A DNA stretch of 60,269 nucleotides, counting the filler, from Porpidia crustulata (Eukaryota), in the NCBI GenBank assembly GCA_964255105.1. It is 12 parts of 12 records of this genome, joined end to end, with 100 filler letters (N's around TTAATTAATTAA, not from the genome) between each part and the next. Parts side by side here need not be neighbours in the genome. Positions count along the whole stretch, not along the records: positions 10,084 to 15,018 come from CAXUWE010001957.1; positions 15,119 to 20,051 come from CAXUWE010001958.1; positions 20,152 to 25,084 come from CAXUWE010001959.1; positions 25,185 to 30,116 come from CAXUWE010001960.1; 8 more parts are not named here. One strand, written 5' to 3'. The notes under the pieces are model-generated. The model saw only the letters and a program-made list of their open reading frames with translations. It made no database searches and was not told where the DNA came from. Below, one piece after another: positions 12,182 through 25,432 of the stretch; within the stretch, counting starts at the first letter, position 1; each line of letters starts with the position of its first letter. A program made the translations under genes and the position numbers.

Positions 12182-12424
12182 ATTAAATGGTTTAACGAAA
12201 GAAGGGTTGTGTCTCTGTGAATTGATGTAATTGTCAGAGATGACTTCTGCTCAGTCGATTGGCAATATTGACAGGTAGATGTTGGTGGGGTAACCTTAAG
12301 CTTTGTATGGGGAAAGCCACGTGCCCGCTATCGTGCCGCTCCCGCAGCACACTAGACCAATCTTATGTCCTTTACTCACATTTGGAAATTCTCCCATCAT
12401 GTCCACTCGAGCTCAATAACCCTC

Positions 12425-14465
12425 ATGCGACCATGCCTCCAGTCGATGATTAGAGCTCGACTTTTCCACAAGCATGCTTTCCACCAACCAGCGTCGTGGA
12501 ACGCCGTCTCTTATTCATGGAAACGCGACTTCACATCTACCTTCATAAGGTGTGCCGCCTCGACCAACAGGATTATTGGCGATTTAGAGAGGAGAATTCT
12601 CGACATTCCGTTGGAGCGTTATCGCAACTTTTGCATCGTTGCTCACGTCGACCATGGCAAAAGCACACTCAGCGACCGCTTGCTTGAACTTACGGGTACC
12701 ATTGCGCCTGGAGGCAACAAGCAGATTTTGGATAAACTTGACGTCGAACGAGAGCGGGGTATCACAGTGAAAGCGCAGACGTGTAGCATGATATACAACT
12801 ACAAGGGAGAAGACTATTTACTGCATCTAGTGGACACACCTGGCCATGTCGATTTTCGTGCTGAGGTGTCACGAAGTTATGCTAGCTGCGGCGGGGCACT
12901 TCTTCTTGTGGACGCCAGCCAAGGTGTTCAGGCGCAAACGGTAGCGAACTTCTACTTGGCATTCTCCCAAGGCCTTCAATTGGTGCCCGTTATCAATAAA
13001 GTTGACCTGCCGTCGGCAGATGCTCCTCGAGCATTGGAACAGATGGAGAGTACCTTCGAGCTTGACCCAGAGACAGCTGTGCTCGTATCGGCCAAAACTG
13101 GCCTGAACGTGGAGGCAGTTTTACCTGCCGTGATTGAGCAGATACCGGCGTGAGCTCAAATGTTCGGTCGACTACTTGGGTAGTTTGCTAACATAATGTA
13201 GCCCTACAGGCGACAATCTCAAGCCGCTGAAATTACTACTCATCGACTCATGGTACTCCAACTACAAAGGTGTCATCATTCTTGTTCGCATATTTGATGG
13301 ACAAGTGAAGGCTGGCGACCACATAACGTCGTTTGCTACAGGGCTAAAGTACACCGTCGGCGAAGTAGGGATTATGTACCCTGACCAAACACCACAAACG
13401 GTCCTTAGAAGCGGGCAGCTTGGCTATATATTTTTCAATCCTGGCATGAAGAAAAGCCAGGAAGCAAAGGTCGGAGATACCTACACTACCGTTGGATCTG
13501 AGAAACTTGTCGAGCCTCTGCCAGGCTTTGTTGAGCCAAAACCCATGGTTTTTGTAGCAGCTTTTCCAGTCGACCAAAGCGACTATACGCATCTTGAAGA
13601 CAGCATCGAACAGATTACCCTAAATGATCGAAGCGTCACGCTGCAGAAGGAATATTCGGAAGCGTTGGGTGCTGGATGGAGGCTTGGTTTCCTCGGAACA
13701 CTTCATTGCTCCGTCTTTGAAGACCGACTTCGACAGGAACATGGCGCCAGCATCATAATCACTCCGCCCACGGTGCCATTCAAGGTCGTCTATCACGACG
13801 GCAAGGAGCAAGTCATCTCGAACCCAGCGGACTTTCCTGATAACGACCTCGCGCAGGCGGGCATTGCCGATCTTCAAGAGCCTTACGTGTTAGTGACCAT
13901 CACTCTCCCAGAGGAGTATTTGGGTAAAGTGATCGAGCTCTGCGAAGGCAACCGGGGCGTGCAGAAGGAGCTCTCCTTCTTCACCGCCGTCCAAGTCATC
14001 CTGAAGTACGAGCTCCCCCTCGCGCACCTGGTCGACGATTTCTTCGGCAAACTGAAAGGCGTGACCAAAGGCTACGCCAGTTTCGACTACGAGGAGTCCG
14101 CCTGGCAGCGCAGCAACATCACCAAGCTCCAACTCCTCGTCAATAAAGTCCCCGTCGACGCCGTCGCCCGCGTCGTGCACACGTCGCAAGTGGACAAGCT
14201 CGGGAGACTGTGGGTCACCAAATTCAAGGAACACGTCCAGCGCCAGATGTTCGAGATCGTCATCCAAGCCGCCGTGGGCCGGCGGATCGTGGCCCGGGAG
14301 ACGATCAAACCGTTCCGGAAGGACGTGCTGGCGAAACTGCACGCGGCGGATGTTTCGCGGCGGAGGAAGCTGCTGGAGAAGCAGAAGGAGGGCAGGAAGA
14401 AGCTGAGGGCGGTGGGGAATATCACGATTGAATCGAAGGCTTTTCAGGCGTTTTTGGCGAAGTAG
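12425..14465 (+). CDS. GUF1: Mitochondrial translation factor GUF1 (LepA/EF4); one intron at about 13149-13201
   Basis: [62 protein letters not shown]; Arg/Ser-rich N-terminal presequence. Confidence 0.96.
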
Positions 14466-15592
14466 ATGTGTTTGTAGGGGGGCGTTTGTAAATATCATGT
14501 AGGAAGAAATACATATGCAACATTTACTTATATTTACTTATTCATAACATTTCATCGGGGTGTATGTTTCAATAAAAGTAAACATGCTATATGGAATAAT
14601 GTCTACTTCGATAAATATCTTCTTCGATAAAAACATGATCACGAAAATATTTGTCCCCTTTTCCTTCCCCTTTTCGATATGAAATTAATATAAACCTATT
14701 CCTTATCAAATCGCTTCTTCATCATGCATTATGGGAATATCGAGCAGTCACACTATGTGCTAATTCCATTCAAAAACATTCTCTTTATTAAAGTGTCATT
14801 TAAAGATCTTTCGTTCGTTTAGAAGATGAAATTACTCTTTTGTTATTTTAAAGTCGATGCCTCTTTTTCTTCTTTTCACTTTACCTCTCTCTATTCCCTC
14901 CCTCCCCTCCACATTCTCCTGCCACCCTCTCTCTCCCTTCACATCCTCCCTCTCATTCCTCCTTCATGTTACGATCAGACCTTCCCCAACATCCCCAGCA
15001 GCCCACCGGATCAAGGTGNNNNNNNNNNNNNNNNNNNNNNNNNNNNNNNNNNNNNNNNNNNNTTAATTAATTAANNNNNNNNNNNNNNNNNNNNNNNNNN
15101 NNNNNNNNNNNNNNNNNNATTGTGTGGTTTTGGTTTTGGTTTTGGGGAAGGAGGGGGGGATTATTGAAAATAGATGGGTGAATGTATGGAATGTGTATAG
15201 TATGGGGAAATTGAGAGCGTTGGCTTTACTATTGTGTGGGGCGTGAAACTCATCAGCACACCGTAAATGGGAGTCAAGGTATTGACGCGTCTACAACATA
15301 GGCAACTAATGGTAAATGGTTCGTAGCAAGGGTATCTTTCATATGTAAATTACGCATCCGAGCAAAATCCTTAACATCCCGCTCGTCCTCCAACATTAGT
15401 CAACTTGCATACATGACAGGCTCGACCGCAGACCCAAAAAATATCACCAAAAGCCAGTATAACAAGAGATCGTCAATGGCTGCGCCAGACCTTCCAGAAA
15501 CTGCCCGACGACGGCAGTTCCATCGCGCCAAAGGATCTGCCCGAGCCGATGATAGGCCCTGAACAAAATGGACTGTGAGCGGGTACATATCA

Positions 15593-17554
15593 TCACTGCA
15601 TACGCTTCCTCTTCCGGTCATCACTCATGGCATCATCCTCATCCCTCTCGATTGTCTCTGCAGGATTTAGCAAAGAATGCACGTTGCTCGCCATGCTCGA
15701 ACGCCTGGTTTGCGGTGCCGAGTCTAGTAGCCTCGGTGTGAATCTCGACGCCCCCAACGACCAATTACTCTCGACACTCAAAGCTGACGGCGTAGTATCG
15801 CTCGTCAATGGAGGGGTGGTCTGATGCGAGCTGAAGGATTGTCGAGGTGCCCCAAACTCATACTGCGACAAGGTATTCTGGACATGCGGATCGACGCCGT
15901 TTTCATTTGGCTTGGGCGACGACGGCCAATGCGTAGAAGATTCACCGGATGCAAATGGAGACCCGGTTTGACCAGGCCAGCCGGGAACCCGAATATCGGC
16001 AGAAGTGTGTCGTCGACCTAGATTGGCACCGGGTGGCGATGACGCACGGGCAAGAGGGTGTTGTGAAGGAGGATGATGCATTTGAGGCTGCGGCGGTGGC
16101 TGAGGCTGTACGACGCGATGGAAATTGGGCGAAGGGTTGGCTGTACCGATAGATCCATATCGACGAGGCGAAGAGTTGAAATGAGCCGGCAATGGTGGCT
16201 TGAAAAAGTTTTGCCGTGGCAGGGTGTGAAGCGAAGGGCGGCGCTCGTCGTGGAAAACCTGCCGAGGAGAGAGGGGTGCTGAATCTATAGCCATGTTCGA
16301 AAAGTATGGCTGTCTTCCAGATAGAAGTGATTCGTGAGGGTCTTCGTAAGTGCGTATCATATCCATCTGCTTTGTAATGTCTTTTTGCATATTGCAAACT
16401 GCTACTTGTCAATTGAACGTGCTTTACTTGAATCCATCAACCGTGCTTACCATCGCGATGAATATGATTATCTGGATCCGGAATCATTGCCAAGATGTGG
16501 TGAGACATATCGTAGCTCCACTTGAAAAATTTAGCATGGTGTAATCAGACTTGGTGATAGCTTACCTGATGACATCTTGCTAGACCGTCATTCAAAGCTT
16601 GACACCTGGAACTCAGGGCTGTGTTGCTTTCCTCCGTTCGTGATAGTCGCGCATACAAATCATAGAGGCTGTGTTCGAGGGCCGTGAGTCGAGCGTCCCC
16701 CACGTCCGGTATTGGTTCCGCAGGGGTACCAGGCTGCGAGACGCTAGGCTTGTGAGGTGGAAAGGAATCGCGGTGGATCAAAGCATGCCTTGATGCTCGT
16801 CTTTTGATTTCTCGCAAACCAGCGAGATCGCCTCTCTTGAAGTTTCCATTACCGTGCTTGAATTCCCAAAGCGTAGATTCAGGTGAACCAGTATGGAAAA
16901 CATCGCTCACTGGAGAAATTAGCCAATTGCCATAGGACGTGCTACTTATATTAATAGGGTACCTTTATGAAATCCATACATATTAAGTTGCCTAACAAAT
17001 GATGAAGTATTGGTATGTTTAAAATATTGCCTATTCAGTTAGTAAAGAGCCTTGTGATTTGTAGGATCACCACTCACGCAAGGACCTTGGAGAAATCAGC
17101 AGTTGGCGACATGACGAAGCTTTCGTTGTTATTTGACCAGGATATGAGATGCTGTATAGTATGGTCCTCCAGCATGCTGTTGCAATCGTTTAGTTTGTGC
17201 ACCACGTCGTTGAACCCAATGTACCCACTTATATAGTTTGTGTATAAAGGCTGTCTGTACCACTTTTGGTTGTTGCGATGCAGTCGCAGCGGCAGCACTG
17301 ACACTGTTTCCCGCTGGTCCGTTGTGTACTTGTGCCTCTCCATAAGCGCCATTGGTCGTACCTGTTCCATGCTCCATTTCCGGGCTGCTATTGACAGGTG
17401 GACCCATCGACACAGATGCTGGTGGAGTGACATCCATCGGCTCTCCGTTTTCTGAGCCACCAGATCTTGTAGAAGAGGGCAGGATGGGTAGGTTCCTTCC
17501 CCTATTGTGTTGGGGATCTCCCGAGAACGGACTTCGTGGCATTGCTTGTAGCAT
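15593..17554 (-). CDS. SFL1: HSF-type DNA-binding transcription factor, Sfl1-like (multi-exon)
   Basis: QTAFIHKLY|NMLED..LISWS..SFVMSPTADFSKVL|..YFKHTN.SSFVRQLNMYGFHK|VSDVFH..WEFKHGNGNFKRGD..IKRRASRH, a coiled coil, and C-terminal VHSLLNP..RKRKR. Confidence 0.85.
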
Positions 17555-19790
17555 TGGGTACGAGACGCCAGAGTTTTATCGATGTGTATGAGAGACTTTA
17601 CGGGGATGGCAGACGGATTGATGTCATGTAAATATTGTCTAAGGCTCATGAGCAATGTGTGGACGATTCGGATGGCGGCGCGGATTCCTCCTTCTCTAGC
17701 TTGCAGCACCCTCACCGTTCTTCAGGAGCTCGCGATTGATTTGTAGGGATCAGTGTTTCAATGTCAGCCAAGGGATGCTGTTTGAGGTGATGTTGAACTG
17801 TTGGGCGAGTGCTGGATAGAGTTGCAGATATAGGTTGGTGGGATTCAAGCATTCGTTAAGACAGAGGACCACTGAAACGCTTCCTTAAAGGGCTGGATCC
17901 ATTTTCATGAATATCCAAAACGTCTTTGATTGACGTAGGTAGTTTTACTGCGGCTTGCTTTGTTCAGACGAATGCTGTTTCCCGCATGTCAAGGCGAGGT
18001 TTCGGGACCGCAATCAACAGTAAGACCTTATCTCGCGGGCCGTGGACTAGCTGGAGCACGAAAGCAATCGATTTCAGAGGCAGAGGCGTGGTGGATGCAG
18101 CGGATAGTTGTAGCTGTCAACCTGGGAGGTTGCTGCGTTTCGTGGTGGAAGCGGGCAACGGTCCTAGGATATTTCTCCGCACTCGGCCATTGCGAGCCGG
18201 AGCAGCTACAAAACTTCTAGCGATCGTGCAGGAGAAGGGGCGCGAAGCTGAAAAGAAAGCTGAGGATGATGAACGATAAGGTGGGTCTGGACGGGGGATA
18301 AAAGGGTGAAGTTGGATTGACTGGTGAAGAATGCGATGTCGGGGTGGTGGTACAACAATGGCACTACGAACTACGGACGCTCGTGGGCTCCCGTTTTCCG
18401 AGAGCTAAAAGCCGGTTATGAGACACCAGCGCTCAAGCGAACACGCGAAAGTCAGTGCGCCCCCGTGAGCATGGAGGGGAACAAGGATGATAGCTATTTA
18501 GGGTAAGGAAGCATCTACTATGAACAATCTTACACCAATGCGTCTTGACCGTGTGTAATCAGGCACGCCAACAGGCCGATATTGCCGGTGGTCAGAGATC
18601 GCCAGAGATCCGGTCCGAACGACCTGCAAACAATCTGCGGGTGCAGGTGCAAAGACTGAATCAACAATCGCCTGGTTCGGTCCGCCATGGTACAAGCATG
18701 TCTTCGGCATTGAGGAAATGCCCCCAACTCAGGGCTTATGATTACTTGATCTCAGCATCGAGCAAGGCTGAACGTTGGCGATCAACGTGAACGGCCCCCA
18801 TCGCTGTGCAGCAAGCAGGTCGAGGACACGTGTGTTTGACACATCTTGATAAGAACGAAAACCGGTCCTTGGGAGCTGGGATCTACGACCTCCATTCAGC
18901 TCCACACCACAGGGCCGTAACGCACTGTCAGGCTGATGATCAGGCGAGAAAACAAGCAATTTCTGACCTGCACTTGGCGACCATGCATGGTAGGGAAAGC
19001 ATCGCAGTCGGACACCTCCAGCCGTGCCCGGCGTTCTCTGCAGCCAAGTGACCGATCTTGATGTCCATTGGTGTCTTCCATGGCTAAGGTGATGCAGGCT
19101 CGTCCCGAAAGATCATGCATGCGCAGTCTCCAATAGTCGCGAAGATCAAGCATGACTTTTACCCAAAAGAACGGAACCTCCTTACCAGGACGCTGAAAAA
19201 ATGCTTGGGTACTACAACGATACGGGACACTGATCGCGACGGAGTGGGCGAGGGCATCCTTGATCATGTTCAGCAGGAAGTGGCTTGTCCCACATGGCAG
19301 GCGAATCCTGCCATCCCCACAAGAATGCGAGCTTGCTTCATAGCGGAAGCGGCTGGCTGACTGGCCAAAGATGTGCCGGTGTTTGCTTTTCTAGCTAATT
19401 CCATTGCGTCAACTCGCTTGTCTTCCACATGTCCAAGATGAGAGGGAGATCCTGGAACGTGGCATTTCTAATTCTAGTGAACTACATAAGCAACGCATAT
19501 GACTTGCGACTATTGAACAGCCACAATCCTAGACAGGTATTCCGTAAACTGTAAACACCTTTCAATAGTCAACGTGTCTTACAGTAGCTCCTTATTAAGT
19601 TCTTCCAAGGCGTTTGGAACAGGAGAACTGGCGCATGGCAACAAGGATGATGACGGGCACGCTAGGGCCGAAGTCTGCGGGGAAGCTTGGAGGAACAATT
19701 CTGCCCCTCGATGTGTCACGTTCTATATACAATCAAAATTAGAGTGTAAAGTCTCATCCTTGGTCGAGACAACTTGCTGTCGGTGCATCG

Positions 19791-19846
19791 TCACACCGTC
19801 ACTCCGTCGCTCTGTCACACCGTAGCACCGTCATACCATCACACAC
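19791..19846. repeat. Imperfect 8-bp tandem repeat (TCACACCG consensus) x7, just upstream of the XPT/HPT start
   Basis: tcacaccg tcactccg tcgctctg tcacaccg tagcaccg tcatacca tcacacac. Confidence 0.7.
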
Positions 19847-19886
19847 CCGGCTGTGCCTATCCATCGGCCCTTCCACTACAGTGACG

Positions 19887-20051
19887 ATGGTAGAAAAGGT
19901 CTATGTGACCTATAACCAGGTACACCAAGCGACCTATCCCACTTGCCTCATAGAGCCCTCCTTGCTGACGAGAATCATCAGATACACAAGCTCTGCCAAG
20001 CATCCGCCGACCACATCCTCAATGAATTCAAACCAAGCCTCATGATCGCCA
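19887..20051 (+). CDS. XPT1: Xanthine/hypoxanthine-guanine phosphoribosyltransferase, 5' fragment (not in the ORF track)
   Basis: ATG GTA GAA AAG... gives MVEKVYVTYNQ|IHKLCQASADHILNEFKPSLMIA with an intron at 19920-19981. This matches the fungal Xpt1/Hpt1 N-terminus that precedes IGGGG. Confidence 0.85.
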
Positions 20052-20151
20052 NNNNNNNNNNNNNNNNNNNNNNNNNNNNNNNNNNNNNNNNNNNNTTAAT
20101 TAATTAANNNNNNNNNNNNNNNNNNNNNNNNNNNNNNNNNNNNNNNNNNNN

Positions 20152-21287
20152 GGGTGGGCGAGGCTGGTTGTGATTGTTTTCGTAGAGGGGTTTGAGGTAG
20201 TGCTGTTGTTCACAGGGTTGGCAGGTTTCGAGATACCTAGCGCTTTCGCTTGCGGCAGCTTCTCCTTTGTACAAACGATACCACCATCGCGGCAATTGAT
20301 GCATGGCGGTTCGCGATCTTTTCTCCCACGGAAGGAGCACCACTTCTTCGTCTCCCTGCACTGCGTACAGCTAGCGATCTGTTTCGGTGGTCTAGCCATC
20401 TTCAATCTAGCCATTGCATCTTGATCCATCGAAGGCCCGGTCCTGGTCCTCCCTGTGGCAGGCCCCGCTACGCAATGAAGACTCGAATCAGCACATTGTG
20501 CGCACGGCAGACTATGATCACCGCCGTCTGCGCGGTAAGAACAGACGACCCGGCGGCGCTTGCAACTTTCGCAAGCAGCTTTCCTAGCAGGCTGAAGAAT
20601 AAGTTCGCAGGCGATGTCATCTTCTCTGCAATCGATGCATGGGTAAGGCGAGCCTTCTTGGAGTAGGCTACATGGAAGGCGGATGTCCAGACAGGCTTTG
20701 CATCCTCGAGCTGCTGGATGACCTATCGTCACATCTTCAAGATTGAAAAGTTGAGAAGTGTAGAGGCCAGTAATGAGGCGAGCCGGACGTTCCGCCCGTC
20801 GCTTGCGAAGCAGATGTTGAGCGGGATCACGATCATCTTCGGTACTTTCAGCGTCTGATACTTCTTGCGGTTCATGTGGCCAATTATTCGAAGCGATACC
20901 AATCACCTCCAAGACCGCTTTTCCGTGTGCTGACCCAAACCGAAGTGTCACTAAACCATTTTGCCCCGTATATCGACCCGATTGCCATGTATTCGTTCTT
21001 GCTTTCTTGAGTAGCTGACTCTGCCCGCTTTGTAACGGCCGATCTCTTTTCTTCCGAGGAGGAGCAGGTGGAGGGTCGAGCTTGCAGTTGGGATCAAAAT
21101 CACCGCTCTCGTCTTGATCTACCCAGGTACTAGGGCCGAATCCCAAGGAATCTCGTAGGCTAGTGCGGAATTTATACTTGGACGACGATGGGATCGAATG
21201 GCGCAGTGAATCACCATTGAGATCGTCGTATCCCCAAGCTATGAAACTAGGAGGGAATTTCTCGAAGTCCTTGAAAGCGGTGGTCAT
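20152..21287 (-). CDS. Protein with three tandem Zn(II)2Cys6-like motifs, 3'-truncated
   Basis: CKAC-x6-C..CIDC-x6-C; CESC-x6-C..CAQC-x6-C; CTQC-x6-C..CINC-x6-C; basic NLS-like patches (PRKKRDR, LRKRR). Confidence 0.75.
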
Positions 21288-22613
21288 ATTGTAGAAAAGC
21301 GAAAGAAGAAAGTATACAAAGACGTCAGAGTGAATGCTTAGCGAGCTTCGGGATTTTTCAATGAGACCAAAGTGAAGCATTACCTAATAAATAGACATGT
21401 CATGCAGGCATAATCGGTAGCCAGTGAAGAAGCACTACCAATTTTGAGCGGAAGAAGGTAAATCAATGGGATGACAAACGCGGGTACATGGCCTTTAGCC
21501 GTTAGGAACCAGGCGATATTCGTAACTAGGGTAAAAGGTTGGCATTATAATAAATTGATAATGCTCATCATGGAGTTGCGCTGCTCGAAATGTGTACGGC
21601 CGGTCACCGATGTAGACGCCATGAAGGTTAGTTTGAGAAGGAGAAGAAGAGCAAGTGCTGTATCGCTTGTTGCATATCCCAAGGTAACGTCTTTGAGGTG
21701 AGATGTTCAAGATCATGTAAGAGTTTCCTCTGAGAGATGTCCGACGCAGGATTGAAATGTGGGATCTTGCAGAGCCAGAGACGAAGCAAAAAAAGTCCCT
21801 CCCAGCAGTTGATTTGCGAGATCCTACTGGAAAAGCTACCTTTACGTAGAGACCGAATAAAGTTGAGAAATTCACCTCGAAAGCCCAGTATGCAAAGATA
21901 AGCCCAAAGTTGGCCGGTTCGTATTACGTCGCTGGTCCTGGAGGGAGTGTAATCGCTGAAAACAAGATCCTGCTGGCACTCCACTGACCTAGATCATACA
22001 TTGGCACATTTCTTGAGGCTACTGTCGCAAACACGGTTCAAAAGCTCGCCCCAATCCTAAAGAAGACAATTCATAAAGGGCCTTAGACAGACTGCATCCT
22101 TTCTCAGATCGGCACCACGTTCACTTTGAACTAGGCCCGCTCCAAAACCCACGGAATCTCCATAAATGCAACCGAGAACTCGGAAAGGGTGGGATAGACT
22201 ATCTAACCTACTGGCATATAAGAAGTAATCTTTTAAGACATCCCAACTTTGAAGTAACGGCCAACCGAAAAGTTTAGACCGCATGCCATCTACTGAGAGG
22301 GATCAGTCAGTATAGAGTGGAGATGATAAGATTATGTCTAGAGTATTTGCATGACTTTGGTGAGCTGATGTTTGTAGAGTCGCTTACAGCAACAGTGTTC
22401 CTGCATAAATTTGACCTTCAGATTTGTTCTCTGAGCGTCTGGGTCGACCACTCATGATCCACATTAGTCCACGGTATTACGCCCCCAATCATGCCGTAGC
22501 AGAGCCGCCCAGCCTCTAGTCTATGGCCCACGCAGAACACCTACGTGAATACGTCCACTTCGTAATTTGTCATCCGAGAGATACAAACCTTAAAATCATA
22601 TGTACAAACCGCA

Positions 22614-24059
22614 CTATTGGTGCTTCGCGATAGTCCCTCGTTCCCTGAAAGTGCTCACGGCAGGAATATTCGCTTTATAGCGTTGTTCTTCTGTTGCATA
22701 GGCTCTAGGAGTAAGCTTGATCAGCGTGTGTAGTGGAACCTCCATCCACGGTGATTTCTCTTGCGGTATATTCATGTAATACGCATAGATACATCTTAGT
22801 ACGGCTTGGTGCGTAACTATGATTATATTTTCACTTCTCTCAAGCTCCATGATAATTGGCTCCAAGCGGATGACGACGTCGCGATAGCTCTCTCCTCCAC
22901 GATACCGGTAATTATACTTGTCATCATCTCGGGCTTTGAAGTCTTCGGGATACTGTTCTTGAATTTCTTGATAGGTAAGGCCATCGCAGACACCAGAGTC
23001 AAGCTCGTCAAGAGCTTTCCACTCAAGCTTATCATAGCCCTTAGGAGACGCCGCAAGGAAACGTGCGGTCTGGATGGTGCGTTTGAGCGTGGAGGTCCAT
23101 ATCGTCAATTGACGGTCATCACCAACGGACTCTGCGACCAGTTCCGGGAGTCTTCGAGCATAGAGCTCACCGCGCTCAGAGATATTTGCATCCCCTCCGA
23201 TTTTCCCCTCGAGATTGAAAACTGATTCACCATGCTGCAGGTTCCATTAGCTATTCAAATTCGATTTGTGGCTTCCGATTGCCTTACCCGTGAGAGCCAG
23301 ATTGAACGCGGTTTGATATGGAGGTTCATCAGGTAGTAGACCACACGACTTTGCAAATAATCTTTTATCTGATTGATAATCACTTGCTTTCCAACATCAA
23401 TGAGTTTCACATATGTCAGATATCTCTCGTCCTCATCGATAGTCTCGTAGACTTTTTCATAATTACGAATGCGATTTCGGAAGTCTTGAGCAGCAACCTC
23501 TGGATCTTGACCCTTGTAATCTGGCGAAGTTGTCTTGACCTCCAAGATATTACTCATAATTAGGTCCTCGTTGTCACACTTGGACTCCACGTACAGAGTC
23601 TGGATATTATTTTCCTCGCAGCGTGTATGAACCCAACGACGACGAGCCTTGGTCGAATTGGTAGCGTCCAAAATAGCGACCACTCCTTTCCCTTGTTCAA
23701 ACCATTTGACCATATCAGCGACAGCAGCCTCGGCAGCAGCATGGCGAAGACGCTCTCCCTCTGGGTTGGAAGTATCGAAAAAGTCGGCCTTGGGTTGGGG
23801 AGTATCAGCGCGACGATACGAGCCCACGTTGAAATTCTTAGCCGTAATCGACAACCAAGCAAGGTAGCGGACAACTGTCCAATTCAAGATGTGTCAGATG
23901 TAGTTCAGAAAGCCTCCTTGGAAGTACTAATTTGCATCACACACCTTTCTGAGCGATCAGACTTTTGCCTCGGGCTGGCAGGCCAACCATTACAACGCAG
24001 ATACGGGTATCCTCGACCTGGACCCCTTTGCCATTAGTTTTCTTGTAGTAGGTAGACAT
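22614..24059 (-). CDS. FBP26: 6-phosphofructo-2-kinase/fructose-2,6-bisphosphatase (3 exons)
   Basis: MVGLPARGKS P-loop, FNVGSYRR, DATNST, IWLSR|HGES catalytic His, WKALDELDSG, GGESYRDVVIRLEP, HQAVLRC. Confidence 0.93.
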
Positions 24060-25432
24060 GCTGGTGGACGACTAATTATGCCCCGCTTGGTAGGCATATG
24101 TGATCGGCGCAGAAGCATCAACAAAAGGGAAATGTGACTTTGGAATGTAGGTGGATCACGAAGAATTGTTGGTAGATTTTCAAGGTCCTCAAGTCAGTGA
24201 TTATATATTGTGGGAATTGTTTGACATCCGAGGCACACAGCGTATAATTATTCGGCTGATGGGCCAGGGATTACCAGGCACGTCGTCAAGTATTGGTTAT
24301 GACAAGCAGATGCGTTGGTATGTTCAGATCGGTTTGATATTTACCACTGTATTCTGAGAATAAAGAGCAATCCACCTTGGAGCTGAAAGAGCAATCCGGA
24401 ATATTGAAGCCAGTTAAGTCAACAGGCGTGTTGTGCACGAACGATAAAATTCATGACGATTTTCCAATCGACCTTTTGACAGGGATTATTTTTCGCTACT
24501 ACCCGCAGTCCCCCGCTCACCCGGATTTGGAAGTGGTCCTTGCACGGCACGCACGGTTGCACCCTCCTGGAAGAAACACTACCGTTCTAGATACACAGCT
24601 GCTGAGGCTCGACTCGAAGCTTTGGATTTGGCCTTTGATCCCTCTGATCCAATAAGAAGCTGGCTTTCTCTTTGCTTTGACCGCTTGCTGCATATGGATG
24701 CCCAAACATCATATCCCATTTAAGCAAGTCAACAAAGCCCAAGCGAAGGTCGCGTGCTCTCTGGATGAAATCACCGAATCCAGTCATCCAAGCTTCCCAC
24801 CCGGTTCCGCCGGGTCCCGCCACGCTATCGGAAGATTGCGGACCAAGACGTGGTCGGGATGCTTAGAGATAGCGTCGGCTGATGTGCCAGGTGGAAGAAA
24901 GCAGCCAAAGAATTGAGAGAAAATGTGAAAAGAGAGAAAAAGACTGATGAGGACGAGGGTATAATAGATGTGATTATTGGCTTACATTACTCATCGAAAA
25001 CACATGCGGCGAGCCACCCATTGCTGCTTGCCTATTTCCTCTTACAGTACCACGACGTCCACTGAGACTGATGGGGTGTTGATCNNNNNNNNNNNNNNNN
25101 NNNNNNNNNNNNNNNNNNNNNNNNNNNNTTAATTAATTAANNNNNNNNNNNNNNNNNNNNNNNNNNNNNNNNNNNNNNNNNNNNATCGGCCACCCCCCCC
25201 CACTTACTTCACTCTCTACTGTTTAACAACTGATGCTCAACTTTGCGTTCACACGATTTCTGCTCTGACTTTATCTACAATCAACCCACTGCTTGTATAT
25301 CTGCTAGTACTTTATCTCACTCATCTCGCTTGTACTCATCGACATTTACTGGGCTCACGAAGCTGGAATTCGTGGCTCTTCACAGCTGTATCACAGTATC
25401 GAGATCGACCAGCATTTATAGGTAGCGCAACA

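Noticed and set aside
13890..14498. Long antisense or alternate-frame ORFs over GUF1 (also over IFRD, SEC27, RTF1)
   Set aside because: Shadow ORFs caused by high GC3 in the real genes.
17600..19780. Short ORFs between SFL1 and XPT1
   Set aside because: No protein-family signal. Best explained as a long divergent promoter/5' UTR of a regulatory gene.
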